Assembly: GCF_056746865.1 (NCBI RefSeq)
Contig: NZ_CM163382.1
DNA length: 64,000 nucleotides
Reading direction: 5' to 3' (one strand)
The notes under the pieces were generated by a model, which saw only the letters and a list, made by a program, of their open reading frames with translations, was not told where the DNA came from and made no database searches. The position numbers and the translations under genes were made by a program. Positions 32,285 through 41,603 of the stretch are shown here, piece by piece; position 1 is the first letter of the stretch, and each line of letters opens with the position of its first letter.

Positions 32285-35040
32285 TGAAACAGGCATGTGT
32301 GGAAGCTATTGCGCAGACACTTGGTCGCCAGCCAAAGGCTGATGAGCTGAAAAATATTGAAGATCGTATCAAAGAAGCTGTGCAGCATGTGCACAGAAAG
32401 AATGCCAAAGAAGGCAAAAGTGGTATTCCTGATGCTCAAACATACATGGATGCAGCAGAACTGGTACGCCAGCGTGTGGTTCATGATGTGTACAAGAAAA
32501 GACAGCGTGTTGCCCAGAATGCGATCGCCATCAGTAAAATTACTGACACTCTCGATGCTAACATCCCGCCTGATCAGCAGACACCTGTTAATTTGCAGCA
32601 GTTTATTTTTGCTGGCCGACGATCGAGAGACAAAGCTGATATCTCCGTTACTTCTGCTGAAGAACTTGCAATTGGGGCATATCAGGACTGGTCCCGTCAG
32701 CTCAGTGCTGAACTTCTAAAAGCAGGTGATGACGTCCGCAAATTCTTCGAGCAGAGCAGGGCGCTTGGAGAGCAGCGGTTTCGGAGTGTATTCGACAGGC
32801 AGGCGGCAAAGTCTGCACAACTCCAGATCCTGAAAGAAATATATGGCGAAGATACCGGGAATCCCCTGGCGAAGAAAATTGCACAGATTTGGAAGGATGT
32901 AACAGGCCGTGTTCGTCATGAGATGAACGACAATGGCTTTGACATAGGCCTGCGAGAAGACTGGCATACGCCATATGTGGATGATGCTGACCTTATTCGC
33001 AATGCCGGGCGCGAAGAATGGCTGGCATCGTTACCAGTGGCAGAGCAAGCTACAGCACGTCTTTCAGGTCGCCAGCCACCGATTGAGTTTGCCCGCCAGA
33101 AATGGGTTGATGACGCTTACAACACGCAGGATCGCAGCAATTACGTTAATCCTGACGGCAGCATTATGAATGACGTCGAGTACCGTCAGGCACTGGAAGC
33201 GATCTTTGAAACGAAGGCCACTGATGGGGCAAACAAAATTGAGCCTGGTACATTTATGGGAGCCGGAGGAATAAAGAGCCGTGGTTCTCAGCACAGGGTG
33301 ATGGCGTTCAAGGATGCGCAGTCACACTTCGCCTATATGGAACGATACACTCAGCAGCCGCTGGTGGGGGTGATGATGTCGCACCTGCAATCATCATCCA
33401 GGGATTTGGGCGTCGTTAAAGCCTTTGGTCCGGACGCCGAAAGAAACTTTTCCCTGGTACTGGATCGCATCTATAAGCGCGCAGTAACAGGCGGGAAACG
33501 CAAAAAAGAAATGGAGGATGAGGCCAAATTAGTTGCCCGTATGTTCAACTCAATGGCTGGCCTAAATGGTGTCGCTTCATCGAGTGTGTTCTCTTCAGCA
33601 GTTGGTGGTCTGCGTAACCTGATGACCAGCGCCATGCTTGGCACCAGCGTACTGACAGCAACCAGCGACCAGGCAATTATGCGGGCAAATGCGCAGGCGC
33701 TGGGCTTTACCCGTGGTGGAATGCGGCTTTCCGTTAACACTATCAAAAACCTGTTTAGTGGAGATGCCAAAAAGGCGAATGCTGAACTCGGTCTGCTGGT
33801 GGATTCACATGCTGCTGTGGTTTCGAAAATGGGCGGGTTTGACTTGTCTCGCGGCATAACTGGCTGGTTCGCAGAGAAGACACTGAAGTGGTCCGGGCTG
33901 ATCGCTATGGACCGCGCAAACAAAGCGTCGTTTGGTCTCCTGATGTACAAAAACATTGGCGAGCTGACCAGAAAATTTAAGACGCTGGACGATATGAAAG
34001 GAACCGATAAAACCATTCTGGCTAACAAGGGATGGAGCAATGAGGACTGGGCCATCATGGCAGCGGCAGAACTCAGGCCGATGACTACTGCCGGGCATAT
34101 GGGGATGACGCCAGACGCGATTTACGCTGTGCCCGATAACGTAATAGCCGACATTATGGCAGACCGTATTACCCGGATTCGTGCCGGGAGTGAAAAGGCA
34201 CTGGCAGCCCTTGGAGATCTCCCTCCAGAACGCCTGAAACGGATGAAAGAAGCATTCGACGCTGAGGCTGAGCAGACCATCACGCGCATGATTCGTAATG
34301 CACGCGCTGAAGCAGCCCAGAAATTGCTGGGAATTACGCACGGTGAGATGACCAATGCTGTGACCACCGCTACGGGTATTGATACATATGCCCGTGATGA
34401 TGCTGGCGAGTTAATGAAGAGCTTCATGCTCTTCAAAACAACCCCATTTGCTGGATTTCGGCAACTTGTTAACAGAACACGGGATTTGGACACCGTTCCG
34501 GCCATTAAATTTCTGGCCTCATATATCGGGGGAACAACTCTTGCTGGTATGTTTGCGATCCAGATGAACAGTTTGTTAAATGGTAATGATCCGCTGGATA
34601 TGACAAAACCAACCACATGGGTTCAGGCTTTACTGAAAGGTGGTTCGTTCGGTATCTACGGTGATTTTATTTTCCAGGACCATACGCAATATGGCTCCAG
34701 CATCGGTGCCACTATGGGTGGCCCTGTGTTGAGCTTTGCAGAGCAGTTAACAAAATTACTGATTACTAACCCACAGAAGGCTCTACAGGGTGAAGAAACA
34801 TCATTCGGTGCCGATGCACTGAAAACAGCCCGCATGATCACCCCATTCGCAAACCTGTGGTATGCGAAAGCGATAACCAATCACCTGATATTGCAACAAC
34901 TTCAGGAGATGGCAAACCCTGGTTACAATGATCGAGTAAGGGACCGCGCGCAACGGGAGTTCGACATAACGAGTTGGTGGGAACCGGGTGCTATTGCGCC
35001 ACGTAGAGCACCGGATTTTGGAAAGGCGGTGGGGAACTGA
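32284..35040 (+). CDS. Large hypothetical protein P3 (918 aa)
   Basis: ORF 32263..35040; start taken at MKQACVEAIAQ (ATG 32284 overlapping P2 stop); Gly-rich hydrophobic segments toward C-terminus. Confidence 0.8.
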   Translation: MKQACVEAIAQTLGRQPKADELKNIEDRIKEAVQHVHRKNAKEGKSGIPDAQTYMDAAELVRQRVVHDVYKKRQRVAQNAIAISKITDTLDANIPPDQQTPVNLQQFIFAGRRSRDKADISVTSAEELAIGAYQDWSRQLSAELLKAGDDVRKFFEQSRALGEQRFRSVFDRQAAKSAQLQILKEIYGEDTGNPLAKKIAQIWKDVTGRVRHEMNDNGFDIGLREDWHTPYVDDADLIRNAGREEWLASLPVAEQATARLSGRQPPIEFARQKWVDDAYNTQDRSNYVNPDGSIMNDVEYRQALEAIFETKATDGANKIEPGTFMGAGGIKSRGSQHRVMAFKDAQSHFAYMERYTQQPLVGVMMSHLQSSSRDLGVVKAFGPDAERNFSLVLDRIYKRAVTGGKRKKEMEDEAKLVARMFNSMAGLNGVASSSVFSSAVGGLRNLMTSAMLGTSVLTATSDQAIMRANAQALGFTRGGMRLSVNTIKNLFSGDAKKANAELGLLVDSHAAVVSKMGGFDLSRGITGWFAEKTLKWSGLIAMDRANKASFGLLMYKNIGELTRKFKTLDDMKGTDKTILANKGWSNEDWAIMAAAELRPMTTAGHMGMTPDAIYAVPDNVIADIMADRITRIRAGSEKALAALGDLPPERLKRMKEAFDAEAEQTITRMIRNARAEAAQKLLGITHGEMTNAVTTATGIDTYARDDAGELMKSFMLFKTTPFAGFRQLVNRTRDLDTVPAIKFLASYIGGTTLAGMFAIQMNSLLNGNDPLDMTKPTTWVQALLKGGSFGIYGDFIFQDHTQYGSSIGATMGGPVLSFAEQLTKLLITNPQKALQGEETSFGADALKTARMITPFANLWYAKAITNHLILQQLQEMANPGYNDRVRDRAQREFDITSWWEPGAIAPRRAPDFGKAVGN

Positions 35041-35354
35041 TGACGAGAGATAAAATTGAATATATTGCTTCTCTTAAATATGAAGCTGAGAAATGGAGAA
35101 GGATTGGCGGGTGGGGAACATTAATATCACTCTCTGCTTTACTTATAGACTCCTGGTTCAGACATATTGATGCAGCATCATTACTTTTTGAATCAGCAGT
35201 ACTTGGTGGATTCATTTGCTGTTGGGGTGGTAATTATGATCGGGCGTCCAAACATAAGAGAGAACTTGACGCGATATGTTTTGCTTTATTCGGTAAGGAT
35301 TACGAAAGTTCTGACCTTGATATAATTGAATTCAACAAAACGGAACTATCGTGA
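35040..35354 (+). CDS. Small predicted membrane protein P4 (104 aa)
   Basis: ATGA overlap with P3 stop; two hydrophobic segments (GTLISLSALLIDSWF, AVLGGFICCWGG). Confidence 0.6.
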   Translation: MTRDKIEYIASLKYEAEKWRRIGGWGTLISLSALLIDSWFRHIDAASLLFESAVLGGFICCWGGNYDRASKHKRELDAICFALFGKDYESSDLDIIEFNKTELS

Positions 35355-35362
35355 CATGTCAC

Positions 35363-35388
35363 AGGCCGCTTTCGCGGCCTTGTTTTTA
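35363..35388 (+). terminator. Rho-independent terminator closing the P1-P4 operon
   Basis: aggccgctttcgcggcct followed by tgttttt, 9 bp after the P4 stop. Confidence 0.6.
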
Positions 35389-36054
35389 ACGAATGCCACC
35401 GCCGCCCGGGCGGGAATTCGCAGATAAAAAAGCACGCTGCACGGTTTTATTAATACTTATACCATTAGGATTGATCCTTCAATGGACAATCCTTCCATCG
35501 TGTGGCCAGCCATTCATATTCTTTGTCTTTTCTTCAGTATCGGCTTTGCATCTTCTACACCCTGAAAGATGTCGTTTTATGGTGTATCTGATGATTTATT
35601 CCCTAACAATAGATATTCGAAAAATTAATCAGTTAAAACAATTATTTGGATAATTTCAGGTAAAACTATCTTAATCTTCTGGTGGATCTCAATGCGTAGT
35701 GACGGTATCGGGATTAAGGGCGTGGATATTCGCGATATATGCCGCTACACCCCTCAACAGTAATAGATATGAGCTTTTCACGCTCTCCTTTCACTGCTGA
35801 GAACGGCAACAACGTGCCACAGGAACGCGCTGTAATCGATTCTGACGCACTTAATTGCGTTGGGTAATGGTTTTTGCCAGCCTGTGGGGGTAACTCTGTT
35901 TTATGAGGCTTTGGCTATAGTGCAAAAATACACTTTGTCTTGCCTCTCAATTTGATGAGACTGGAACGACAACAGGACAGACCACCAGCAACAGTTACCG
36001 TATTCAGCCGTTCTGTGGCACCAGTGGAACTATCAACCCCTGCTTTCAGCAATG

Positions 36055-36212
36055 TGTTTGCGGGTTATTTTGGGGCGTTTGCGGGTTATTTGGGATGTTT
36101 TGCGGGTTATGTGATGCTTGAATAATGAACAGTGTATTTTGCAACATATTGATACTAAAGAACAAAAAATAGTTAGCATACTAAGATAACCCGGTAACCC
36201 GCATAACCCGCA
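36055..36212. repeat. Iteron cluster 2: three direct TTGCGGGTTAT copies then three inverted ATAACCCGC copies
   Basis: Same 11-mer family as cluster 1 at 24716-24845, about 11.3 kb away. Confidence 0.65.
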
Positions 36213-36699
36213 CTGTTTTGTATATATATACGAAAAATTGCATTCAGGAGGGGGGGAGCGAAATCCCTACAATCCATTGCTTATGGGACCGCCCGCCTCG
36301 TCAAATTTTTACACCCGCGAAATAAAAAAATACTTCACGCTGGTGGGCATGATGCTGATATGGGAGGCTTCCATAACGCCACCATTCGGAACTATGCAAA
36401 TCTGCATAGAAAAGGGGATGCCTGATACAATACCCTCGCCCGATAAAATCACACCGATAAACTCATCTGCCACGAGTAGAAAGAGCGAACGAACCCGATA
36501 CGCAGTAATGCTTGTCGGGTACAGCTTTTTAAGGCGGCTGTAGATATCAGGCCATCCGTGATCATCCACCAGCGAGATAGCCGATAACGATGACGCATAA
36601 CCCTCAAGCGAGGGATAAATGTGTATAGAAATGTGTATAGAATTGATTTTAGAACTCGCAGGATTCGCGCTATTACTGGCCTTGTGTGATGTTGTATTG

Positions 36700-36717
36700 T
36701 TCCCTTCGCCCGCTCCA
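36700..36717. repeat. tRNA 3'-end remnant / right att repeat (TTCCCTTCGCCCGCTCCA)
   Basis: 18 nt consistent with T-arm/acceptor stem/CCA of tRNA-Gly (glyU-like) as I recall it; contains the 15-bp repeat shared with 16792-16806. No complete tRNA in the window. Confidence 0.55.
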
Positions 36718-36949
36718 ATTTATCTTCACCTCATCAACCTGCCATTTTTGTTGTATCTGATTTTCTATATTATCTTAATTCAATCGCTTCAGACTTTTCG
36801 CAATCGCCGTAATACTTCCCCATTTTTTTGTAAATAAAAGCGTTTACGCAATGCAATCCATTTGTAACAACCCAGGTAAAATACCTTATTTTCAAGTTGT
36901 TAAATAAGTGGTTATCTACGCTTTTAACAAACGATTGATGGAATCTTTT

Positions 36950-38221
36950 ATGAAAGGGAAATCTACATTAACTCTTCTGCTCGCTGGTATATTTTCATGC
37001 TGCACATGCCAGGCGACAGGGGCAGAAGTGACGAGTGAATCTGTATTTAACATTCTTAATTCCACGGGGGCAGCAACTGATAAAAGTTATTTATCGTTAA
37101 ATCCAGATAAGTATCCTAATTATCGTCTTCTGATTCACTCAGCCAAATTAAAAAATGAAATAAAGAGCCACTATACCAAAGACGAAATTCAAGGATTGTT
37201 AACATTAACAGAAAATACACGAAAGTTAACGTTGACGGAGAAACCATGGGGAACATTTATTCTTGCTTCTACTTTCGAAGATGACAAAACAGCGGCAGAA
37301 ACCCACTATGATGCTGTCTGGCTGAGGGATAGTTTATGGGGCTATATGGCATTAGTATCAGATCAGGAAAATAGTGTAGCCGCAAAAAAGGTTCTGCTCA
37401 CTCTGTGGGATTATATGTCTACGCCAGACCAGATTAAACGGATGCAGGACGTCATTAGCAACCCAAAACGACTGGATGGTATTCCTGGGCAAATGAATGC
37501 TGTGCATATCCGATTTGACAGCAACTCCCCCGTGATGGCAGATGTGCAGGAAGAAGGCAAGCCGCAGCTGTGGAACCATAAACAAAATGATGCGTTAGGT
37601 CTTTATCTTGATCTCCTTATACAAGCAATCGACACTGGTACTATTAACGCTGAAGATTGGCAAAAAGGTGACCGATTAAAATCGGTTGCGCTGCTGATTG
37701 CTTATCTGGATAAAGCCAATTTCTATGTTATGGAAGATTCCGGAGCGTGGGAAGAAGATGCCAGATTAAACACATCTTCCGTTGCACTGGTGACCTCTGG
37801 ACTGGAACGTTTGTCGAACTTACTCTCGAAGAAAGACTCTGTTTTTGTCTCTGATTTACTACGCGAAGCTAAAGCTAATGAACTGGATGAACCACTTTCA
37901 ACAACGAGGTTGAACCACCTCATAGATAAAGGTTATGAAAGAATAACGTTACAGCTTGATTTAGGGGGAGAATCCCCAGGTTATCTGGAAAAAGATAAAC
38001 ATTACAGAGAAGCCGATGCGGCTTTACTTAATGTTATTTATCCTGCAAATCTTTCAAAGATAAATACCAGAAGAAAAGAGCAAGTTCTAAAAATAGTTAA
38101 AAAACTAGCAGGTCCGTATGGTATAAAAAGATACGAGAAGGATAATTATCAGTCGGCAAATTTTGGTTCAATGATATTAAAACCGATACCGATCAAAATT
38201 CACATGCAAAAAGAGAAATGA
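36950..38221 (+). CDS. Putative secreted protein/lipoprotein (423 aa) at the ETT2 island edge
   Basis: ORF 36908..38221; start taken at MKGKSTLTLLLAGIFSCCTCQA (signal peptide, possible lipobox). Confidence 0.55.
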   Translation: MKGKSTLTLLLAGIFSCCTCQATGAEVTSESVFNILNSTGAATDKSYLSLNPDKYPNYRLLIHSAKLKNEIKSHYTKDEIQGLLTLTENTRKLTLTEKPWGTFILASTFEDDKTAAETHYDAVWLRDSLWGYMALVSDQENSVAAKKVLLTLWDYMSTPDQIKRMQDVISNPKRLDGIPGQMNAVHIRFDSNSPVMADVQEEGKPQLWNHKQNDALGLYLDLLIQAIDTGTINAEDWQKGDRLKSVALLIAYLDKANFYVMEDSGAWEEDARLNTSSVALVTSGLERLSNLLSKKDSVFVSDLLREAKANELDEPLSTTRLNHLIDKGYERITLQLDLGGESPGYLEKDKHYREADAALLNVIYPANLSKINTRRKEQVLKIVKKLAGPYGIKRYEKDNYQSANFGSMILKPIPIKIHMQKEK

Positions 38222-38559
38222 GCTTCATTCCATCAACAGAAGCAGAATGGTTTTTTGACTCATGGTATGCAAAATCAGCAGCAATTGTTTATAAAGAATC
38301 AAGAAAAGAAGAGTATTTGAATGACTCAGTGCAATTTATGAATAGATCATTGGCCCAAATAACAGGCGAGAATATGATTGGTGCAAATGGCAGGAGCGTA
38401 CCTGAAATGGCACTTCCCGAAAGCTATAACTATATCCACAAGTCAGGAACTTTGCATGAAGCGCCAAGCCCTATCATTCCGCTAAACTGGTCGAAAGCCT
38501 CAATGACTCTTATGTTGAAAGAAATGTCCAATCTTATCAATGATGAGGGAATTAAATAG
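38218..38559 (+). CDS. Hypothetical protein (113 aa); could be a frameshifted continuation of the upstream gene
   Basis: ATG overlaps upstream stop at an A-rich tract. Confidence 0.35.
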   Translation: MSFIPSTEAEWFFDSWYAKSAAIVYKESRKEEYLNDSVQFMNRSLAQITGENMIGANGRSVPEMALPESYNYIHKSGTLHEAPSPIIPLNWSKASMTLMLKEMSNLINDEGIK

Positions 38560-38567
38560 TTTTCATA

Positions 38568-38804
38568 ATGAAGCGGTCCTGGATTAAAAGGACCGCTCAA
38601 AGAGAAATCGTAAGGGAGGTAAAAGTGATCAATAAATTACTGTTAGCTTACCTGATAGGTCTGGTTGTGACATCGACCTTAATATTTATCTTCTCGGAAG
38701 AAAAAGTAACATATCGGTTGTTTGCTGCAGTAATTACAGGGTTGACATGGCCGCTTAGCCTCATTCCATCCATCATAAGTCTCATGATTCGTAAATCCGA
38801 CTAA
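38568..38804 (+). CDS. Small membrane protein (78 aa)
   Basis: Two hydrophobic helices. Confidence 0.35.
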   Translation: MKRSWIKRTAQREIVREVKVINKLLLAYLIGLVVTSTLIFIFSEEKVTYRLFAAVITGLTWPLSLIPSIISLMIRKSD

Positions 38805-39149
38805 CAAGAAAATTATATGAACGATTAAGAAAAATAGAATCGGAAAAGAGAATAAAATATATGCAGGGAGTAACAAAACACTCGCAGTGCGTTAATGTGT
38901 AACTAACAAATATGATTTTTATTGAAAATAGTCACCAAACAAGTGTTATAAGAAATACGGGGTATGTTTAAGTAAAACATATCAACAGTTGCAATTCTGT
39001 ATATGGACAGGATGACGTACAAGTGTAAGTGGCTGATAGCTATTCGCTCATAACAAAATCATTATTTTATAAATAGGAATCATCACTTTTTAATCATGTT
39101 TTTATTGCAAGTTTATGGAGAATGAGAATATGGAATAAGGAGATGAAAC

Positions 39150-39899
39150 ATGATTGAAGAAGGGCTGTTACTTCCAATGAATGTTTTGCTTCAAGGACAG
39201 AAGTTAACCCTACTGGACCCTGAAATGTGGTTCTTACGGGGAAATGAAAACAAGGATGTAACCCTTGTTATTACGATTGGTAATAACCATCAAAAATTAA
39301 TGGTAGTGGAAGACATATTACTGCTCATTGACCGAAGCCAAATTGAGGTAACTGCAGGGAAAGTAATTTATCATCCACTTCGCATTGATATCCTGAGTAA
39401 ATTATTAGCTTTTATTGATGAATCAACGGGGAGTGTGGAAAGGGAACACCATGAGTTGTTTGCTGATGCCTTGCCCTTTGCATCAGAAGTTGTGCTATTC
39501 AGTAAAGTTGCAAGTGAAGCCTGGTTTTTAGCCACTTATCTGAGCAGCGATAATATTAATGAAATTCTGTTTCAGCATCTAAGAAAAACAGAATGCTATA
39601 AACTGGTTCGCTATTTATTATCGCAATCGCTCATACAGACTTCACTCTATGATCTTGGTGAGCTTTACGGCGTATCGTATTCACATTTTCGCCGTTTATG
39701 TAGTTATGCATTGGGTGGTAAAGTTAAAACGGAATTATGTGGCTGGAGAGTTGCCAGAGCCGTGTTGGAAATCATTGAAGGAAACAGTGATATGACAACT
39801 ATTGCGCATAAATATGGCTACTCATCCTCATCACACTTTTCAGCTGAAGTAAAAAGTCGGTTAGGAAAAACACCGAGAGAACTATGTAAAAAGTTATGA
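39150..39899 (+). CDS. eivF: AraC-family T3SS transcriptional activator (InvF homolog)
   Basis: 249 aa with C-terminal AraC HTH; directly upstream of secretin gene as in inv loci. Confidence 0.82.
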   Translation: MIEEGLLLPMNVLLQGQKLTLLDPEMWFLRGNENKDVTLVITIGNNHQKLMVVEDILLLIDRSQIEVTAGKVIYHPLRIDILSKLLAFIDESTGSVEREHHELFADALPFASEVVLFSKVASEAWFLATYLSSDNINEILFQHLRKTECYKLVRYLLSQSLIQTSLYDLGELYGVSYSHFRRLCSYALGGKVKTELCGWRVARAVLEIIEGNSDMTTIAHKYGYSSSSHFSAEVKSRLGKTPRELCKKL

Positions 39900-41599
39900 A
39901 AATAAAATTACGTATTACTATTATATTAATTTCAGCCTTATGCATTTTTAATGGATTATTGACTCCTGGTGCATATGCCGCAACAGCGAATGGATACGTA
40001 GCAAATAAAGAAAATCTACGTAGTTTTTTTGAAACGGTTTCATCATATGCGGGTAAGCCTACAATAGTAAGTAAGCTTGCCATGAAGAAACAGATCAGCG
40101 GAAATTTTGATTTAACCGAACCCTATGCCTTGATTGAACGCCTGTCGGCGCAGATGGGACTTATTTGGTACGATGATGGCAAAGCTATTTATATCTATGA
40201 CTCATCAGAGATGCGTAATGCTCTGATTAATCTGAGAAAGGTATCGACTAATGAGTTTAATAATTTCTTAAAAAAATCGGGTCTGTATAACTCTCGTTAT
40301 GAAATTAAAGGGGGCGGCAATGGTACTTTCTATGTATCGGGGCCACCGGTTTATGTTGACCTGGTCGTTAATGCTGCAAAATTAATGGAGCAAAACAGTG
40401 ATGGCATCGAGATCGGACGCAATAAAGTAGGGATTATTCACCTGGTCAACACATTCGTTAATGATCGGACTTATGAATTACGTGGCGAAAAGATAGTTAT
40501 TCCTGGCATGGCAAAAGTACTATCGACGTTGTTAAATAATAACATTAAGCAAAGCACTGGGGTTAACGTACTTTCTGAAATTTCAAGTCGTCAACAACTA
40601 AAAAACGTATCACGTATGCCTCCTTTTCCTGGTGCTGAAGAAGATGATGATCTACAAGTAGAGAAAATAATATCGACAGCTGGAGCGCCAGAGACTGACG
40701 ATATACAAATTATTGCATATCCTGATACCAACAGTTTACTTGTTAAAGGAACAGTATCTCAGGTTGATTTTATCGAGAAGTTAGTAGCTACACTCGATAT
40801 TCCAAAGCGACACATTGAATTATCTTTATGGATAATAGATATTGATAAGACTGATCTAGAACAGTTAGGAGCTGACTGGTCGGGCACGATAAAAATTGGA
40901 TCCAGCCTAAGTGCATCATTTAATAATTCAGGTTCAATTAGTACCCTGGATGGGACACAGTTTATTGCAACAATACAGGCACTTGCGCAAAAAAGAAGAG
41001 CCGCCGTTGTTGCTCGTCCTGTCGTTTTAACACAGGAGAATATTCCTGCTATATTTGATAATAACCGTACTTTCTATACTAAATTAGTCGGCGAGCGTAC
41101 TGCGGAGTTGGATGAAGTAACCTATGGTACGATGATTAGCGTGCTACCACGATTTGCTTCGCGAAATCAAATTGAATTACTCTTGAATATTGAAGATGGC
41201 AATGAAATCAATTCTGACAAGACCAATGTTGATGATCTGCCTCAGGTTGGTAGAACGCTTATAAGTACTATTGCGCGCGTGCCTCAAGGGAAAAGTCTTT
41301 TGATTGGTGGATATACACGAGATACGAATACCTATGAAAGTCGCAAGATCCCAATATTAGGCAGTATTCCATTTATTGGTAAATTATTTGGATATGAAGG
41401 AACAAATGCGAATAACATCGTTCGTGTCTTTCTTATTGAGCCAAGAGAGATCGATGAGCGCATGATGAATAATGCGAATGAGGCTGCGGTTGACGCCAGA
41501 GCAATAACACAGCAAATGGCAAAAAATAAAGAAATCAACGATGAATTACTGCAGAAATGGATAAAAACTTACCTGAATCGTGAAGTCGTCGGAGGATAG
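39896..41599 (+). CDS. eivG: T3SS outer-membrane secretin (InvG homolog)
   Basis: 567 aa; strong similarity to InvG as I recall it (e.g. ...GLIWYDDGKAIYIYDSSEMRNALINLRKVSTNEFNNFLKKSGLYN...TFYVSGPPVYVDLVVNAA...). Confidence 0.93.
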   Translation: MKIKLRITIILISALCIFNGLLTPGAYAATANGYVANKENLRSFFETVSSYAGKPTIVSKLAMKKQISGNFDLTEPYALIERLSAQMGLIWYDDGKAIYIYDSSEMRNALINLRKVSTNEFNNFLKKSGLYNSRYEIKGGGNGTFYVSGPPVYVDLVVNAAKLMEQNSDGIEIGRNKVGIIHLVNTFVNDRTYELRGEKIVIPGMAKVLSTLLNNNIKQSTGVNVLSEISSRQQLKNVSRMPPFPGAEEDDDLQVEKIISTAGAPETDDIQIIAYPDTNSLLVKGTVSQVDFIEKLVATLDIPKRHIELSLWIIDIDKTDLEQLGADWSGTIKIGSSLSASFNNSGSISTLDGTQFIATIQALAQKRRAAVVARPVVLTQENIPAIFDNNRTFYTKLVGERTAELDEVTYGTMISVLPRFASRNQIELLLNIEDGNEINSDKTNVDDLPQVGRTLISTIARVPQGKSLLIGGYTRDTNTYESRKIPILGSIPFIGKLFGYEGTNANNIVRVFLIEPREIDERMMNNANEAAVDARAITQQMAKNKEINDELLQKWIKTYLNREVVGG

Positions 41600-41603
41600 T
41601 GAA

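Noticed and set aside
33471-34616. Minus-strand ORFs (33471..34058, 33805..34341, 34122..34616) inside P3
   Set aside because: Antisense to a long, RBS-initiated, translationally coupled ORF; Ser/Ala-rich translations typical of antisense frames.
27693-35040. P1-P3 as tail fibre, capsid/portal or tape-measure proteins
   Set aside because: No portal, terminase, capsid or tail genes nearby; no collagen-like or beta-helix repeats; sizes and hydrophobic Gly-rich segments do not fit. Relationship to phage internal ejection proteins kept as an untested hypothesis.
36241-36260. G7 homopolymer as a phase-variation switch
   Set aside because: Lies in non-coding DNA with no adjacent ORF or promoter that it could shift; noted only as a sequence curiosity.
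36680-36720. Complete tRNA-Gly gene at the island boundary
   Set aside because: Only the last 18 nt of a tRNA are present; upstream sequence has no D-arm or anticodon arm. No intact tRNA gene found anywhere in the window.
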